Source of the DNA: Acidobacteriota bacterium
Lineage (GTDB): Bacteria; Acidobacteriota; Vicinamibacteria; Vicinamibacterales; 2-12-FULL-66-21
Direction of reading: 5' to 3'
Length of the DNA: 64,000 nucleotides
Assembly: GCA_046732715.1 (NCBI GenBank)
Contig: JBKPNQ010000156.1
Span: forward strand, 1,058 to 65,057
Shown here: piece after piece, positions 35,188-44,465 of the stretch
Layout: every line of letters starts with the position of its first letter
How positions within the stretch are numbered: position 1 is the stretch's first letter
Position numbers and translations under genes: made by a program
Notes under the pieces: generated by a model
The model's input: only the letters and a program-made list of their open reading frames with translations
The model's database searches: none
What the model was told of the DNA's origin: nothing

Positions 35188-35853
35188 TCAGTATGCGAAC
35201 GTTCCGAAGAACGACGACCGCTTGTTCGGATCGCTCCACTTCGTTCCGAGCGCCGCACCGCTGAACGCATTTTCAGCCGTCGTTCCCATCATCGGATCGG
35301 AGACATCGGCGAACGGGTGGAACCACTGATGTGCGCCGCAGCTCGGGTCGTGGCTCATTTCCTTTTGCACGGTGAGCCGCAGCGCCTTCGCTGAAACCTT
35401 GATCGCCTCGGGCCCGTCGGCGAACTGGATCGTCGTCGGCGTTGTCTCGATCACCGTCGAGACCATGCCGTTCGAGTGCTGCTTCGCCATCGAGATGAGC
35501 GCCGAGCGCTGAGCTGGCGTTGCTCGTTCGTCGACGAAAATCGCAGCGCGCGTGGCCGCGGCCGCGCCACCGATCTCGCGAATCCCGAGATTCTGATCGC
35601 CGGCAATTGCGGCGACGACCGAGAGGCCGGTTAACGGTACCCCATCAAAGCTGCCGCGATCGACTTTCCACACGAGCAATGCCTCGCGGCCGGTCGTCGC
35701 AGCCTCGCCGTTCATGATGCATCCACCGGTGAACACCTCGGCCGTTCTTGCTTCGACGTACGAGCCGCTGATTGACGTGCCCGAGGCGCCGCTGGCGCCG
35801 AGAGGAGCCGCGACGAGGCCTGCCAGCACCGTCGTCAATACCGCGTGTCTCAT
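35188..35853 (-). CDS. Secreted hypothetical protein
   Basis: SD AAGGAAGG. Signal peptide. 221 aa. Last gene before the terminator at 35097-35143. Confidence 0.6.
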   Translation of the reverse strand: MRHAVLTTVLAGLVAAPLGASGASGTSISGSYVEARTAEVFTGGCIMNGEAATTGREALLVWKVDRGSFDGVPLTGLSVVAAIAGDQNLGIREIGGAAAATRAAIFVDERATPAQRSALISMAKQHSNGMVSTVIETTPTTIQFADGPEAIKVSAKALRLTVQKEMSHDPSCGAHQWFHPFADVSDPMMGTTAENAFSGAALGTKWSDPNKRSSFFGTFAY

Positions 35854-35977
35854 GGCTGTTATTTCCTTCCTTTACTGCTCGCGGGGCCCCACCCCCGCTC
35901 GCTCGCGCTCGGCGACTTCGCGCCTCGCGCGGGCCGCAGGCGCTTCTTCGTGCTCGGACGGAGCCCCGAGCACGTAC

Positions 35978-36205
35978 CTAGAGCTTGCAACACCCCCGCT
36001 CACCGCAGCAGATGTCCGGGCGGACGGGCTGGCCGTCGGGCCCGAAGCCACTGTGTGTGTCTATGCACCAGTAGGCCGATGTTTCATATCGATCATAAAA
36101 CGTTGACTCCGCCGGGTCCACCACGGCCGCGATATACATGCTTTTCGTGCGGATTCGGAGGCAGTGAACCCCGACGGTAATCTTGGGCGATGTCAATGAT
36201 TCCAT
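35978..36205 (-). CDS. Small Cys-containing conserved hypothetical protein (75 aa)
   Basis: ATG 36205 lies 13 nt after the FAD-subunit stop (alternative ATG at 36247). Motifs CLRIRTKSMY ... YWCIDTHSGFGPDGQPV...CCGERGCC. Confidence 0.5.
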   Translation of the reverse strand: MESLTSPKITVGVHCLRIRTKSMYIAAVVDPAESTFYDRYETSAYWCIDTHSGFGPDGQPVRPDICCGERGCCKL

Positions 36206-36218
36206 GTCTGCTCCGCGA

Positions 36219-37226
36219 TCAGAGGGTCGTTCTGGTTCCGGGGACATTCAGCCCGGCGGCATTCAGAATCGCCCGTTTCACCGCTGTCTTGGCGACCTGG
36301 ATCTTGTATGCGTTCTGGCTCATCGGCTTGGCATCGCGCAACGCTGCCTCGGCGGCCGCCGCCGCCGTCTGCTCGTTGATTGCCTTGCCGGCAAGCGCCG
36401 CTTCCGCCGCCTGCGATCGCCACGGAATCGGCGCGACCGCTCCCATGACGACGCGCGCCGCGCCGACCGTGTTGCCGTTCATGGTGAGGAGAACCGTTGC
36501 AAAGGCTATCGGCCAGTCGTGCGATTCCTTGTAGCGAACCTCGTAATGCCCGCTCTTGACCGCGCCCGGGGCCGGCAGGATCACGTGCGTGAGGAGCTCA
36601 TCCGGCGCGAGCACGTTTTCCCGCTGCACGTTCTGTAGCGTCGGCATCGTGAAGTACTCCGCCGCTGGGACCATCCGCTCACCCTTGGGACCGAACAAGC
36701 GGAACGTTGCGCCGTACGCAACCGACGGCACCGCAAGGCTCGACGGATGGACGATGAAGCTCGGGCCGTTGCCAAAGATGGCGTGGAACTGGTTTTCGCC
36801 TGAAGGAGAGAAGCACTGACTGCCTCCCTTCTTGAAGCAGACGAACTCCTCGTTGCGGAAATACCAGCATCGCGGCCGCTGGTTGAGATTTCCTCCAACC
36901 GTGCCCTGGTTGCGGATCTGCGGCGTGCCGACTTCTCCGGCCGCCACGATCATTGCGGGATAGAGTTTCGCAACCTGCGCGTTCGCCGCCAGGTCGACGA
37001 TCCTCATCGCTGCGCCGATCTTGAGTCCACCGCCCGGCATCGGGGTGACCGTCGATTCGAGGGCGCCTTTGACGTTGACGATGCGGTCCGGCTGCGTGAC
37101 GTAGTCCTTCATCCGCGCGAGCAGATCCTGCCCGCCGCCAAGCGGCATCGCCTTCTCGTGCTCGGGGCTCAGCGCGCGAACCGCATCCCTTTCGTTCGCG
37201 GGATTCACATACGAGAACGCTTTCAC
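36219..37226 (-). CDS. Xanthine dehydrogenase family, FAD-binding subunit (CoxM/PaoB-like)
   Basis: 335 aa. FAD-binding PCMH-type pattern (LGGGQDLL, GTVGGNL). Confidence 0.85.
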   Translation of the reverse strand: MKAFSYVNPANERDAVRALSPEHEKAMPLGGGQDLLARMKDYVTQPDRIVNVKGALESTVTPMPGGGLKIGAAMRIVDLAANAQVAKLYPAMIVAAGEVGTPQIRNQGTVGGNLNQRPRCWYFRNEEFVCFKKGGSQCFSPSGENQFHAIFGNGPSFIVHPSSLAVPSVAYGATFRLFGPKGERMVPAAEYFTMPTLQNVQRENVLAPDELLTHVILPAPGAVKSGHYEVRYKESHDWPIAFATVLLTMNGNTVGAARVVMGAVAPIPWRSQAAEAALAGKAINEQTAAAAAEAALRDAKPMSQNAYKIQVAKTAVKRAILNAAGLNVPGTRTTL

Positions 37227-37238
37227 TGCATCCTCCTT

Positions 37239-39551
37239 TTAGGCTCTTTGCGCCAATGTCTGAAGAATCTTTGCCGGCGTGAGCGGCAGGCTGCGCACGG
37301 TGACCCCGATCGCGTTTCGGACCGCGAGCGCAATCGCCGCCGCGGTGGGAACGGTCGGCGGCTCGCCGATGCCAACCACGCCACGCTCGGACTGATCCAT
37401 CAGCCGGACGTCGATCTTGGGGATGTCCGACATGCCCGCCAGCAGATACCACTCCATGTTCGGGTTCACCATCTGGCCGGTGTTCCGATCGAGGATCCGA
37501 TCCTCGAACAACGCAAAGTTCAGGGAGCCAACGATGCCGCCGTAGACCTGGCTTTCAGCCGTGAGCCTGCTGACGACGAGGCCGCAGTCCTGGAGCGCCA
37601 GCACGCGAACGACCTTGACGATGCCGGTTTCGATGTCGACCTTCACCTCGGCGAACTGCACGCCAGAGGTCGTAGCCGACGAGAGGCCCGGCTGCCACGC
37701 GCCGTCGCCGACAATAGGTTGTGCGCCGATCTGCTTGCAGGCGTCAGCCCACGACATGCCCTTCGAAGGGTTGTCCTTCACCTGGATGCGGCCGTTGACG
37801 GCGACGAGGGTTGCGGCCTCGACGCCAAGTGCCGGCGCGACTTTGTCCTTCAGCGCGTCCAGCGCGTTGACGGTCGCGATGCGGATCGCCGGACTGATGC
37901 CCGCCGCCGTCGTGCTGCCGCCGGAGCCGCCGCTCATCGGATACATGGTGTCCCCGATTTCCGGCTTGATGTTGGTCGTGGGTATGCCGAACGTGTCCGC
38001 CGCCACGACCGCCACGAGCGTCCGCGTGCCGGTGCCGAGATCCTGCGTGCCGCAGCGGACGATGACCATGCCGTCGGACGCGATCTCCACGTGTGCGCGC
38101 CCCTGATTGCCGCCGCCGCCCCACGTGTTGATCGCGACGCCCATGCCCGTCTTGATCGGACCAGGCGTCGGGTCGCCGGTCGGATGGCGCTTGTCCCAGC
38201 CGAACTCTTTGGCGCCTTGCCGCAGGTATTGGCCCCACATCGCGTTTGGTGCCTCGGGGGGCAGGTTCTTGATCCGGAATTCGACCGGATCCATCTTCAC
38301 CAGGTCCGCGAGTTCTTCCATCAACACTTCGGTGATGAACGAGCCCTGCGGATGTCCCGGTGCGCGCATCGGGCGCTGCTGGCCGGTATTGATGAACACG
38401 TCCTTGTGCGCGCGGCGACGGTTAGGGAATTGATAGATGTAGGGAAGCGGAAATCCTGCAGCTGCTCCAGCGCCGCCCGTGCCCCACGACTCCGCGTCGA
38501 AAGCCGTCAACGTCCCGTCCGCCGCGACGCCGGCTTTGATTCGCGCTGCCGCGGACGGCCGGTTTCCAGTCGCGAGATGCTCTTCCTTGCGATCGAGCAT
38601 CAGCTTCACAGGAGCTTTCGCGTCTTTCGCCAGGCGTGCGCAGATCATCGTCTGCGGGTCTTGCGCGCCCAGCTTGCTGCCGAAGCCGCCCCCCATGTAC
38701 TGCGTGATGACGCGAACGTTGGAGGACGGGATGTTCAGTCCGGTCGCGAGACCTTCCTTCGTCGCGAAGACGCCCTGCGTCGAGACCCATGCCGTGAGGT
38801 TGTCGCCGTCCCACTCGCACACCGCGCCATGTGATTCGAGGCACACGTGCGTGATCACGTGGGTGGAATAGGTCTGTTCGAGCATCTGCGCCGCCTGTTT
38901 GAAGCCCGCGGCAATGTCGCCGGTCTCCTGAGTCTGTCCTTGTCTGACGTTGCTCCTCGGCGTTCCTGGCGTCGTATCGAGCGCCGGGCCGCTCGCGGCG
39001 AAGACTGGCGGGGCGTTGCCGGCGAGCGCCTGATCAACTTGAATCACCGCCGGCAGCACCTCGTACTCGACCTTGACGAGGCGCGCCGCGTCGATCGCGT
39101 GTTCTTCCGTGTCCGCGGCGACCCCGGCGATCTCGTCTCCCTGGAACATCACGATGCTGCTGCGCTGCGTGTTCGCGGGATCCCGCCAGAGATGCGTGGC
39201 CTTGACGCCCGGCGCCTTCTGCGCCGCAGTCATATCAACCGAGACAATTCGTGCGTGCGGATGCGGCGACCGGACGATGCGGCCGTAGAGCATGCCGGGT
39301 CGATTGATGTCGAACGTGTAGCGTGCCTTGCCGGTGACTTTGTCGGGGCCGTCGAGCCGCTTGACGTGCGTGCCGATGGACGAATGCGGTGGCGCCCAGT
39401 GATATTTCGGATCGGCGGGCGGAGCCTGAGGACCACGACCGCCGCCCTGTGCCTGCGGAGCCGGAGCCTGACCGCCGCGGCCGCCGCCCTGCGGTGGTTG
39501 CGGGGCTGGAGCCTGCCCGCCCGGTGCCTGGGGTTCGTTCGGGCTAGCCAC
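37239..39551 (-). CDS. Xanthine dehydrogenase family, molybdopterin-binding large subunit
   Basis: 770 aa. KRLDGPDKVTGKARYTFD N-domain. Typical aldehyde-oxidase/XDH a/b-hammerhead and Moco domains. GTG start overlaps the small-subunit stop by 8 nt. Has a G/P/Q-rich N-terminal extension. Confidence 0.9.
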   Translation of the reverse strand: MASPNEPQAPGGQAPAPQPPQGGGRGGQAPAPQAQGGGRGPQAPPADPKYHWAPPHSSIGTHVKRLDGPDKVTGKARYTFDINRPGMLYGRIVRSPHPHARIVSVDMTAAQKAPGVKATHLWRDPANTQRSSIVMFQGDEIAGVAADTEEHAIDAARLVKVEYEVLPAVIQVDQALAGNAPPVFAASGPALDTTPGTPRSNVRQGQTQETGDIAAGFKQAAQMLEQTYSTHVITHVCLESHGAVCEWDGDNLTAWVSTQGVFATKEGLATGLNIPSSNVRVITQYMGGGFGSKLGAQDPQTMICARLAKDAKAPVKLMLDRKEEHLATGNRPSAAARIKAGVAADGTLTAFDAESWGTGGAGAAAGFPLPYIYQFPNRRRAHKDVFINTGQQRPMRAPGHPQGSFITEVLMEELADLVKMDPVEFRIKNLPPEAPNAMWGQYLRQGAKEFGWDKRHPTGDPTPGPIKTGMGVAINTWGGGGNQGRAHVEIASDGMVIVRCGTQDLGTGTRTLVAVVAADTFGIPTTNIKPEIGDTMYPMSGGSGGSTTAAGISPAIRIATVNALDALKDKVAPALGVEAATLVAVNGRIQVKDNPSKGMSWADACKQIGAQPIVGDGAWQPGLSSATTSGVQFAEVKVDIETGIVKVVRVLALQDCGLVVSRLTAESQVYGGIVGSLNFALFEDRILDRNTGQMVNPNMEWYLLAGMSDIPKIDVRLMDQSERGVVGIGEPPTVPTAAAIALAVRNAIGVTVRSLPLTPAKILQTLAQRA

Positions 39552-40158
39552 GGGTCACCCCCTTCACGCTGGAGACGGCTTCGAAGATCCGGGAGAAGGT
39601 CCCGCAGCGGCAGATGTTGCCGTCGAGCCCTTTGCGAATCTGGTCAGGCGTCGGCGACGGGTTCTTTTCGAGCAGCGCGACGCTCGCCATGACGAAGCCC
39701 GGCGTGCAGAACCCGCACATCAGCGCATCCTTGTCGCAGAATGCCTGCTGGACCGGGTGCAGACCGGAGGCGGTTGCCAGGCCGTCAACGTTGCGGACTT
39801 CCTTGCCCTGACATTCGATAGCGAGCGTCGAGCAGGCGTACACCGCCCGGCCGTCGACGATCATCGTGCACGCGCCGCAGGCGCCACGGTCGCAGCCGCG
39901 CTTGTTCCCGGTCAGGTCGGCGCGCATCCGCAGGGCGTCGAGGAGCGTGACGCGCGGTTCGATCATCAAATCGACGCGCTTTCCATTGACCGTCAGGCGG
40001 ACGGGCACATTACCGGGCCCGACCCCGTTGACGGCGGCCTGGGCGTCGGCTTCGGCCGGCGAAGTCGCTGCCGTGACGGCACTGACCACGCCCGCAGTCT
40101 TCAGAAAGTCGCGGCGGCTGACGGAGAAACCGCCGGGTTTATCGTCCTTTTCAGCCAT
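39544..40158 (-). CDS. (2Fe-2S)-binding small subunit with Tat signal
   Basis: Twin-arginine motif SRRDFLKTAG. Cys clusters CDRGACGACT and CGFCTPG...CRC. Confidence 0.9.
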   Translation of the reverse strand: MAEKDDKPGGFSVSRRDFLKTAGVVSAVTAATSPAEADAQAAVNGVGPGNVPVRLTVNGKRVDLMIEPRVTLLDALRMRADLTGNKRGCDRGACGACTMIVDGRAVYACSTLAIECQGKEVRNVDGLATASGLHPVQQAFCDKDALMCGFCTPGFVMASVALLEKNPSPTPDQIRKGLDGNICRCGTFSRIFEAVSSVKGVTRG

Positions 40159-40270
40159 CTGTCGTTCCTCTCGGCAGGTGCGTCGTTACAGGGACCCCGC
40201 GTCCGGGCGGCGTTATCGAGCTCATGGCCTCGCGAGGCGAAGCCGCGAGGGTCTGAGGCGCAGCATCGCT

Positions 40271-40299
40271 AGTGTAGTACTGTTGGCGCGGTCTCGCAA
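40271..40299 (-). promoter_or_regulatory. Sigma70-like promoter candidate TTGCGA-N17-TACACT upstream of the XDH-family operon
   Basis: On the minus strand, TTGCGA is at 40299-40294 and TACACT at 40276-40271. The ~105-nt leader contains a GC hairpin with a GAA loop (40228-40250). Confidence 0.3.
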
Positions 40300-40300
40300 A

Positions 40301-40960
40301 CTAAACCGGACGGGCCCGGGGAAGGCAAAAACGGCCCAGCCCTCTGCGGATCACCACAGCCATCCCAAGAAGCCCGAGTGCCCCGCTTACCCACGAAATA
40401 CGCCGCAGCGCCGCGTTCGTTTCGATGTCATAGCCGACCGTCAGACTGTGCTGATCGCGGTCGCGTTGCTGAGTCAGAATCTCAATCCGGCTATCGGAAG
40501 GGACAAGCGCATTGGCCAGATAGACGCTCACCTCCGGCCGATGTCGATTGACGACGCTGATCTCATGCCTGCCGTGTATGGTCTCGGGAAGTACCGCTGA
40601 GGCGAACAGGCGGATAGTCCCGACGCCCCCAACGATGGCATCGACGGCTGGAACCTGCACGTCTCGGATCGTCAGCGGCACCGGCCGATGGTCGACTGTC
40701 AGCGCGACCGACCTCAGCACGTCATTGGCGTAGGCAAGCCCCTCGACCTGCGACAGTTGGCCGTCGCGGTTCGTGTCGATCCAGCCTGTCACCTGCTCCG
40801 CGATACTGACGCCCGGCGTGAGATCGATCTCCAGATTCACCCGGTTGGCAGCGATTCCGACCAGCGTCGCCTGGAGATAGTCGTCGAGGCGATGTGCGCC
40901 GGCGGGTCTGCTGGCTGTCAGCGAGATGAGAAGAGCGAAGGTTAATACCCGGACGGTCAT
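40301..40960 (-). CDS. Secreted/anchored hypothetical protein with one canonical EF-hand loop
   Basis: Signal peptide. DTNRDGQLSQVE fits the DxNxDGxLxxxE calcium loop. C-terminal TM helix. Confidence 0.6.
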   Translation of the reverse strand: MTVRVLTFALLISLTASRPAGAHRLDDYLQATLVGIAANRVNLEIDLTPGVSIAEQVTGWIDTNRDGQLSQVEGLAYANDVLRSVALTVDHRPVPLTIRDVQVPAVDAIVGGVGTIRLFASAVLPETIHGRHEISVVNRHRPEVSVYLANALVPSDSRIEILTQQRDRDQHSLTVGYDIETNAALRRISWVSGALGLLGMAVVIRRGLGRFCLPRARPV

Positions 40961-40973
40961 TGTGCGAATCAGT

Positions 40974-41008
40974 ACTTTTAACTTTTTACTTTTTACTTTT
41001 TACTTTTT
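40974..41008. repeat. Five phased heptamers ACTTTTA/ACTTTTT (AAAAAGT on the minus strand) overlapping the DUF3500 stop codon
   Basis: Counted directly. Stop TAA (41002-41000, minus strand) and the last two Lys codons lie inside the array. Confidence 0.85.
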
Positions 41009-42121
41009 CACCAACCCCGCCCCGTAATCGTTCGTCGGGTCTCGGTAGATCGTGTGAATGTGATCGATGTCCCCCTGCTGCGGCGCGTACTCGATGATCA
41101 CCGTCGGTCCTTGAATGCGGTAGTACGCGAGCTCGCCGTTGGTGGTTGAACCGCTCCAGGCGAAATAGGTTTTGGCCAGGTTCGTCTTCACCTCCGCCAT
41201 CTTGGCGCTCGCGCCTTCGTCGTTCAGGATGCCGACCCACTCGTGAACGATGTCGAGCAGCATTTCCTGCTGCTTCGCATTCATCGCGGACGCGAGCATT
41301 CCTTCTGGTTGGATCACCTTGCCGTCGTTGCCCGGGCCGAGCACGAGATCTCGCACCTGGTAATTCAGGATCGCCTGCTTCTTCTGGTTGTCGTCGAGCG
41401 CGTTGATCAGCGCGAACCCTTTGTCGTTTTCGCTTCCGAGCGGCCGAACCGTTTGTCCGTTGAGTACGTATTTCGCGGGTTGCGCGGCCGGCAGGCTTGG
41501 CGTCATCACGTTGCCGGCGCCGACCATGGTGATGTTGATCGCCAGGTGGTGTCCGCCGAACTGAAGCATCCAGGGACTGGCGGGTGACGGTGCACCAACG
41601 AAGGCGATGAAATACTCGTCGCGGCCGAAGACGAGCCCGCCGCCCCGGCCGCCTCCCGCCGGCCGGCCCCCTCCACCGGCAGCGCCGGGGGCACCCGCTC
41701 CCCCGGGAGGTCCAGGGCGTCCGCCCGTTCGGCCCCCGCCCTGGTTCTTCAACACTTCATCCCCGTTCATGATGTCGAGCACCTTCTGGTAACCGGATCG
41801 GCTGAGCGCGGCAGCGACGGTGGCCATCGCGGCGTCGCGCTGTGTCGCCGTGAGGTCGCCGAGTCGCAGGCCGTTGCGCTGGAAAATACCGCTCGGCAGG
41901 TTGGACCACCCCGTCTTCTGAGGGCTGTTGAACTCGAACGTCGCCTTCGTCCGGTCTGCGTCGCTCAGCGTCGCCAGGAACGCGTTGGCGGCCACCACTA
42001 CCTTGTTGGTGATGCCGCTCTGCACCGCCGGTTTGGCGGTTGGTGATGCGGCACGCTGCGCGAAGCCGGACGCAAGCAGCACGGCCAGTAGAACGGTGAA
42101 TGAAGCGCGCGGCGTTTTCAT
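41000..42121 (-). CDS. DUF3500 domain-containing secreted protein
   Basis: Start ATG 42121 (MKTPRASF, signal peptide). FGGHHLAIN and DIDHIHTIYRDPTNDYG motifs. Contains a Gly/Arg/Pro-rich insert. Confidence 0.75.
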   Translation of the reverse strand: MKTPRASFTVLLAVLLASGFAQRAASPTAKPAVQSGITNKVVVAANAFLATLSDADRTKATFEFNSPQKTGWSNLPSGIFQRNGLRLGDLTATQRDAAMATVAAALSRSGYQKVLDIMNGDEVLKNQGGGRTGGRPGPPGGAGAPGAAGGGGRPAGGGRGGGLVFGRDEYFIAFVGAPSPASPWMLQFGGHHLAINITMVGAGNVMTPSLPAAQPAKYVLNGQTVRPLGSENDKGFALINALDDNQKKQAILNYQVRDLVLGPGNDGKVIQPEGMLASAMNAKQQEMLLDIVHEWVGILNDEGASAKMAEVKTNLAKTYFAWSGSTTNGELAYYRIQGPTVIIEYAPQQGDIDHIHTIYRDPTNDYGAGLVKK

Positions 42122-42142
42122 GCCGGATAAGGTAGATCCCGA

Positions 42143-43693
42143 TTGATCGGAATGGAAATGAAAAAAGAGTGTCTCCGGTATGATGCCGCTGTGCCAGTCC
42201 GTTTCGGTCTCGTCATCATCCTGGCTGTGAGCCTGGGCAGCGGCTGCCGTCGCGAGACCGCCAACCCGGCGCCCGCGAACAGGCCGAATGTGCTTTTCAT
42301 CCTGCTGGACGACCTGCGCTGGGACACTGTCGGCTACGCCGGGCATCCGAATCTCAAGACGCCCAACATCGATCGGATGGCGAACGAAGGCGTGAACTTC
42401 CGGAATGCCTTTGCGACGACGTCTCTGTGCTCACCGAGCCGCGCGTCGCTCTTGAGCGGGTTGTATGCCCACCGGCACGGGGTCACCAACAACTTCACCG
42501 AGTTTCCCGAGTCGATCGACAGCTTTCCGCGTGCGCTCCAACGCGCCGGCTATGCGACCGCTTATGTCGGCAAGTACCACATGGGCGAGAACAACGACGG
42601 GCCCAGGCCGGGATTCGACTATTTCGTCACCCACAAGGGGCAGGGACAGTATTTCGGCACGGAGTTCAACCTCAATGGCGAACGCCGTGAAACACCCTCG
42701 GGCTACTACACCACGGTCGTCACCGACATCGCGCTCGACTGGTTGAAGCGCGATCACGCCGGAAAGCCCTGGATGCTGATCCTGGGTCACAAGGCGCCGC
42801 ACAGCTTTTACACGCCCGAGCCGAAGTACGCGCACGCATTTGATGATGTCAGGGTGCCGTATCCGACGAGCGCGTTCGAGTTGAAGGACAAGCCGACGTG
42901 GATCAAGGAACGGATGTACACGTGGCACGGAATCTACGGGCCGCTGTTCGACTGGCGCAAGAAATTTCCTGACGATCGCCCCGAAGCGGTGCACGACTTC
43001 GAGAACATGGTGCATGCCTACTGGGCGACCGTACTCAGCGTCGATGACAACGTCGGCCGGCTTCGCGCGTGGCTGGAACAGACAGGACAACTCGAGAACA
43101 CCATCATCGTGTTCTGCGGCGACAACGGGCTGCTGCAGGGCGAACACGGAATGGTCGACAAGCGGACGATGCACGAGCCGAGCATTCGCATTCCGATGGC
43201 AGTTCGGTACCCGGGCCTGACAAAGACGCCGAAGCTGATCGATCAGCAGGTGCTGACGGTGGACATGGCGCCAAGCCTGCTCGAGCTGACCGGCACATCA
43301 CCGCTGCAGAACATCGATGGCCGATCGTGGGTCCGCCTTGTCCGCTCCGGCGATCCGGCGTGGCGTACCAGCTGGTTCTACTACTACAACTACGAAAAAG
43401 AGTTTCCGTACACGCCGAACGTGCGCGGTGTGCGAACCGACAGCTGGAAGTACATGCACTACCCGCACGGAGATGGATCTCCCGACCGTCACCTGGCGGA
43501 GCTGTACGATGTGAAGAAAGATCGGGACGAGCGCGTCAACCTCATCGCTGATCCGGCACACGCGGATACGCTGGCGGGCTTGAAGAAAGAGCTTGAACGA
43601 CTGATGGCGGCAACTGGCTTGACCAGCGGAACCGACAAGATGCCAATCGACGCCGGCATCAAGACCGAGTTGCCGGACCAGAAGATTCGCTGA
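42143..43693 (+). CDS. Sulfatase (formylglycine-dependent arylsulfatase family)
   Basis: [11 protein letters not shown] sulfatase signature. Lipoprotein-like N-terminus. The start may be ATG 42152. Confidence 0.85.
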   Translation: MIGMEMKKECLRYDAAVPVRFGLVIILAVSLGSGCRRETANPAPANRPNVLFILLDDLRWDTVGYAGHPNLKTPNIDRMANEGVNFRNAFATTSLCSPSRASLLSGLYAHRHGVTNNFTEFPESIDSFPRALQRAGYATAYVGKYHMGENNDGPRPGFDYFVTHKGQGQYFGTEFNLNGERRETPSGYYTTVVTDIALDWLKRDHAGKPWMLILGHKAPHSFYTPEPKYAHAFDDVRVPYPTSAFELKDKPTWIKERMYTWHGIYGPLFDWRKKFPDDRPEAVHDFENMVHAYWATVLSVDDNVGRLRAWLEQTGQLENTIIVFCGDNGLLQGEHGMVDKRTMHEPSIRIPMAVRYPGLTKTPKLIDQQVLTVDMAPSLLELTGTSPLQNIDGRSWVRLVRSGDPAWRTSWFYYYNYEKEFPYTPNVRGVRTDSWKYMHYPHGDGSPDRHLAELYDVKKDRDERVNLIADPAHADTLAGLKKELERLMAATGLTSGTDKMPIDAGIKTELPDQKIR

Positions 43694-43707
43694 GAAACGG
43701 CCGGCCA

Positions 43708-44457
43708 CTACTGCCAGCGAAAGACCCGCGCCGAAAACCCCGTGCAGATTAGGAAGATCAGACCGAGGGCGGCGACGTCGCCGGCGTGTGCGATCCATCC
43801 ATCTCCCCGCCAGATCCCTCGCAAGAGCGACACGGTATAGGTCAATGGCAGCAGCCGCGCGACGAACTGCAAAGCCGGCGGCAGCGCAGTGATCGGGACG
43901 AACAATCCGGAAATGCCAACCATCGGATACAGAATCAACGTGCCGACTGGCTGAGCAAAACGCGCGGTGGGAACCAGGCTGGCGATGACGAACCCCATCG
44001 ACACGATGCAGAAGGTGCAGTAGAGCAGCGCGGCGCCGAACGCGACGAACGGGGCGTCAACCCCGGCAGGGAAGTATCGTTTGCCGGCCAGGATCATGCC
44101 CGCCAGCGTGACCGCGGTAAACAACAGCTTCACCAGCACGTGAGCGGTCAGGATCGTGATCGATCGCAGCGGTGTAGCCCGCAGTCGCTTGAGGATGCCG
44201 CCCTCGCGATAGATCGCGATGATCGTGACCAGCGACAGCACGGCGCTGAGCGCGATCAGGATCGCGGCCAGTATCGGCAGATCGACGGTGATCAGATCCG
44301 GCGAGCCCGCCGGCGGCCGCCCGGCTCGCGGCGCGAACATTCGTCCGAGCACGACAAAGACGAGCACCGGTATGCCGACGGTGCCGATGACACCGAGCGG
44401 CTCACGAACGAAGATCTTGATCTCGAGCCAGGTCAGGGTCAGCAGTCCTCGCAGCAT
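43708..44457 (-). CDS. ABC-2 type transporter permease
   Basis: Start ATG 44457 (MLRGLLTLTWLE). Six hydrophobic helices. 8 nt after the ATPase stop. Confidence 0.8.
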   Translation of the reverse strand: MLRGLLTLTWLEIKIFVREPLGVIGTVGIPVLVFVVLGRMFAPRAGRPPAGSPDLITVDLPILAAILIALSAVLSLVTIIAIYREGGILKRLRATPLRSITILTAHVLVKLLFTAVTLAGMILAGKRYFPAGVDAPFVAFGAALLYCTFCIVSMGFVIASLVPTARFAQPVGTLILYPMVGISGLFVPITALPPALQFVARLLPLTYTVSLLRGIWRGDGWIAHAGDVAALGLIFLICTGFSARVFRWQ

Positions 44458-44465
44458 CGTCAGCC

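Noticed and set aside
35188-35853. Naming this secreted protein as a DUF1326 family member
   Set aside because: This was only a vague recollection, and I cannot point to a diagnostic motif. It is left as hypothetical.
35854-35977. GC-rich spacer that at first looked like a third REP-like copy
   Set aside because: I could not align it convincingly to copies A and B. Only the general composition and one 8-bp hairpin (35950-35973) are shared.
37158-38834. 558-aa ORF on the plus strand opposite the molybdopterin subunit gene
   Set aside because: This is a shadow ORF typical of GC-rich DNA. It is Arg/Ala/Asp/His-rich with no motifs, while the opposite strand encodes a protein with clear family features.
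40228-40250. GC hairpin with GGC-GAA-GCC apex as a truncated REP copy
   Set aside because: Only the apical 9 nt match, and the orientation relative to the downstream gene is opposite. It is mentioned as possibly related but not called.
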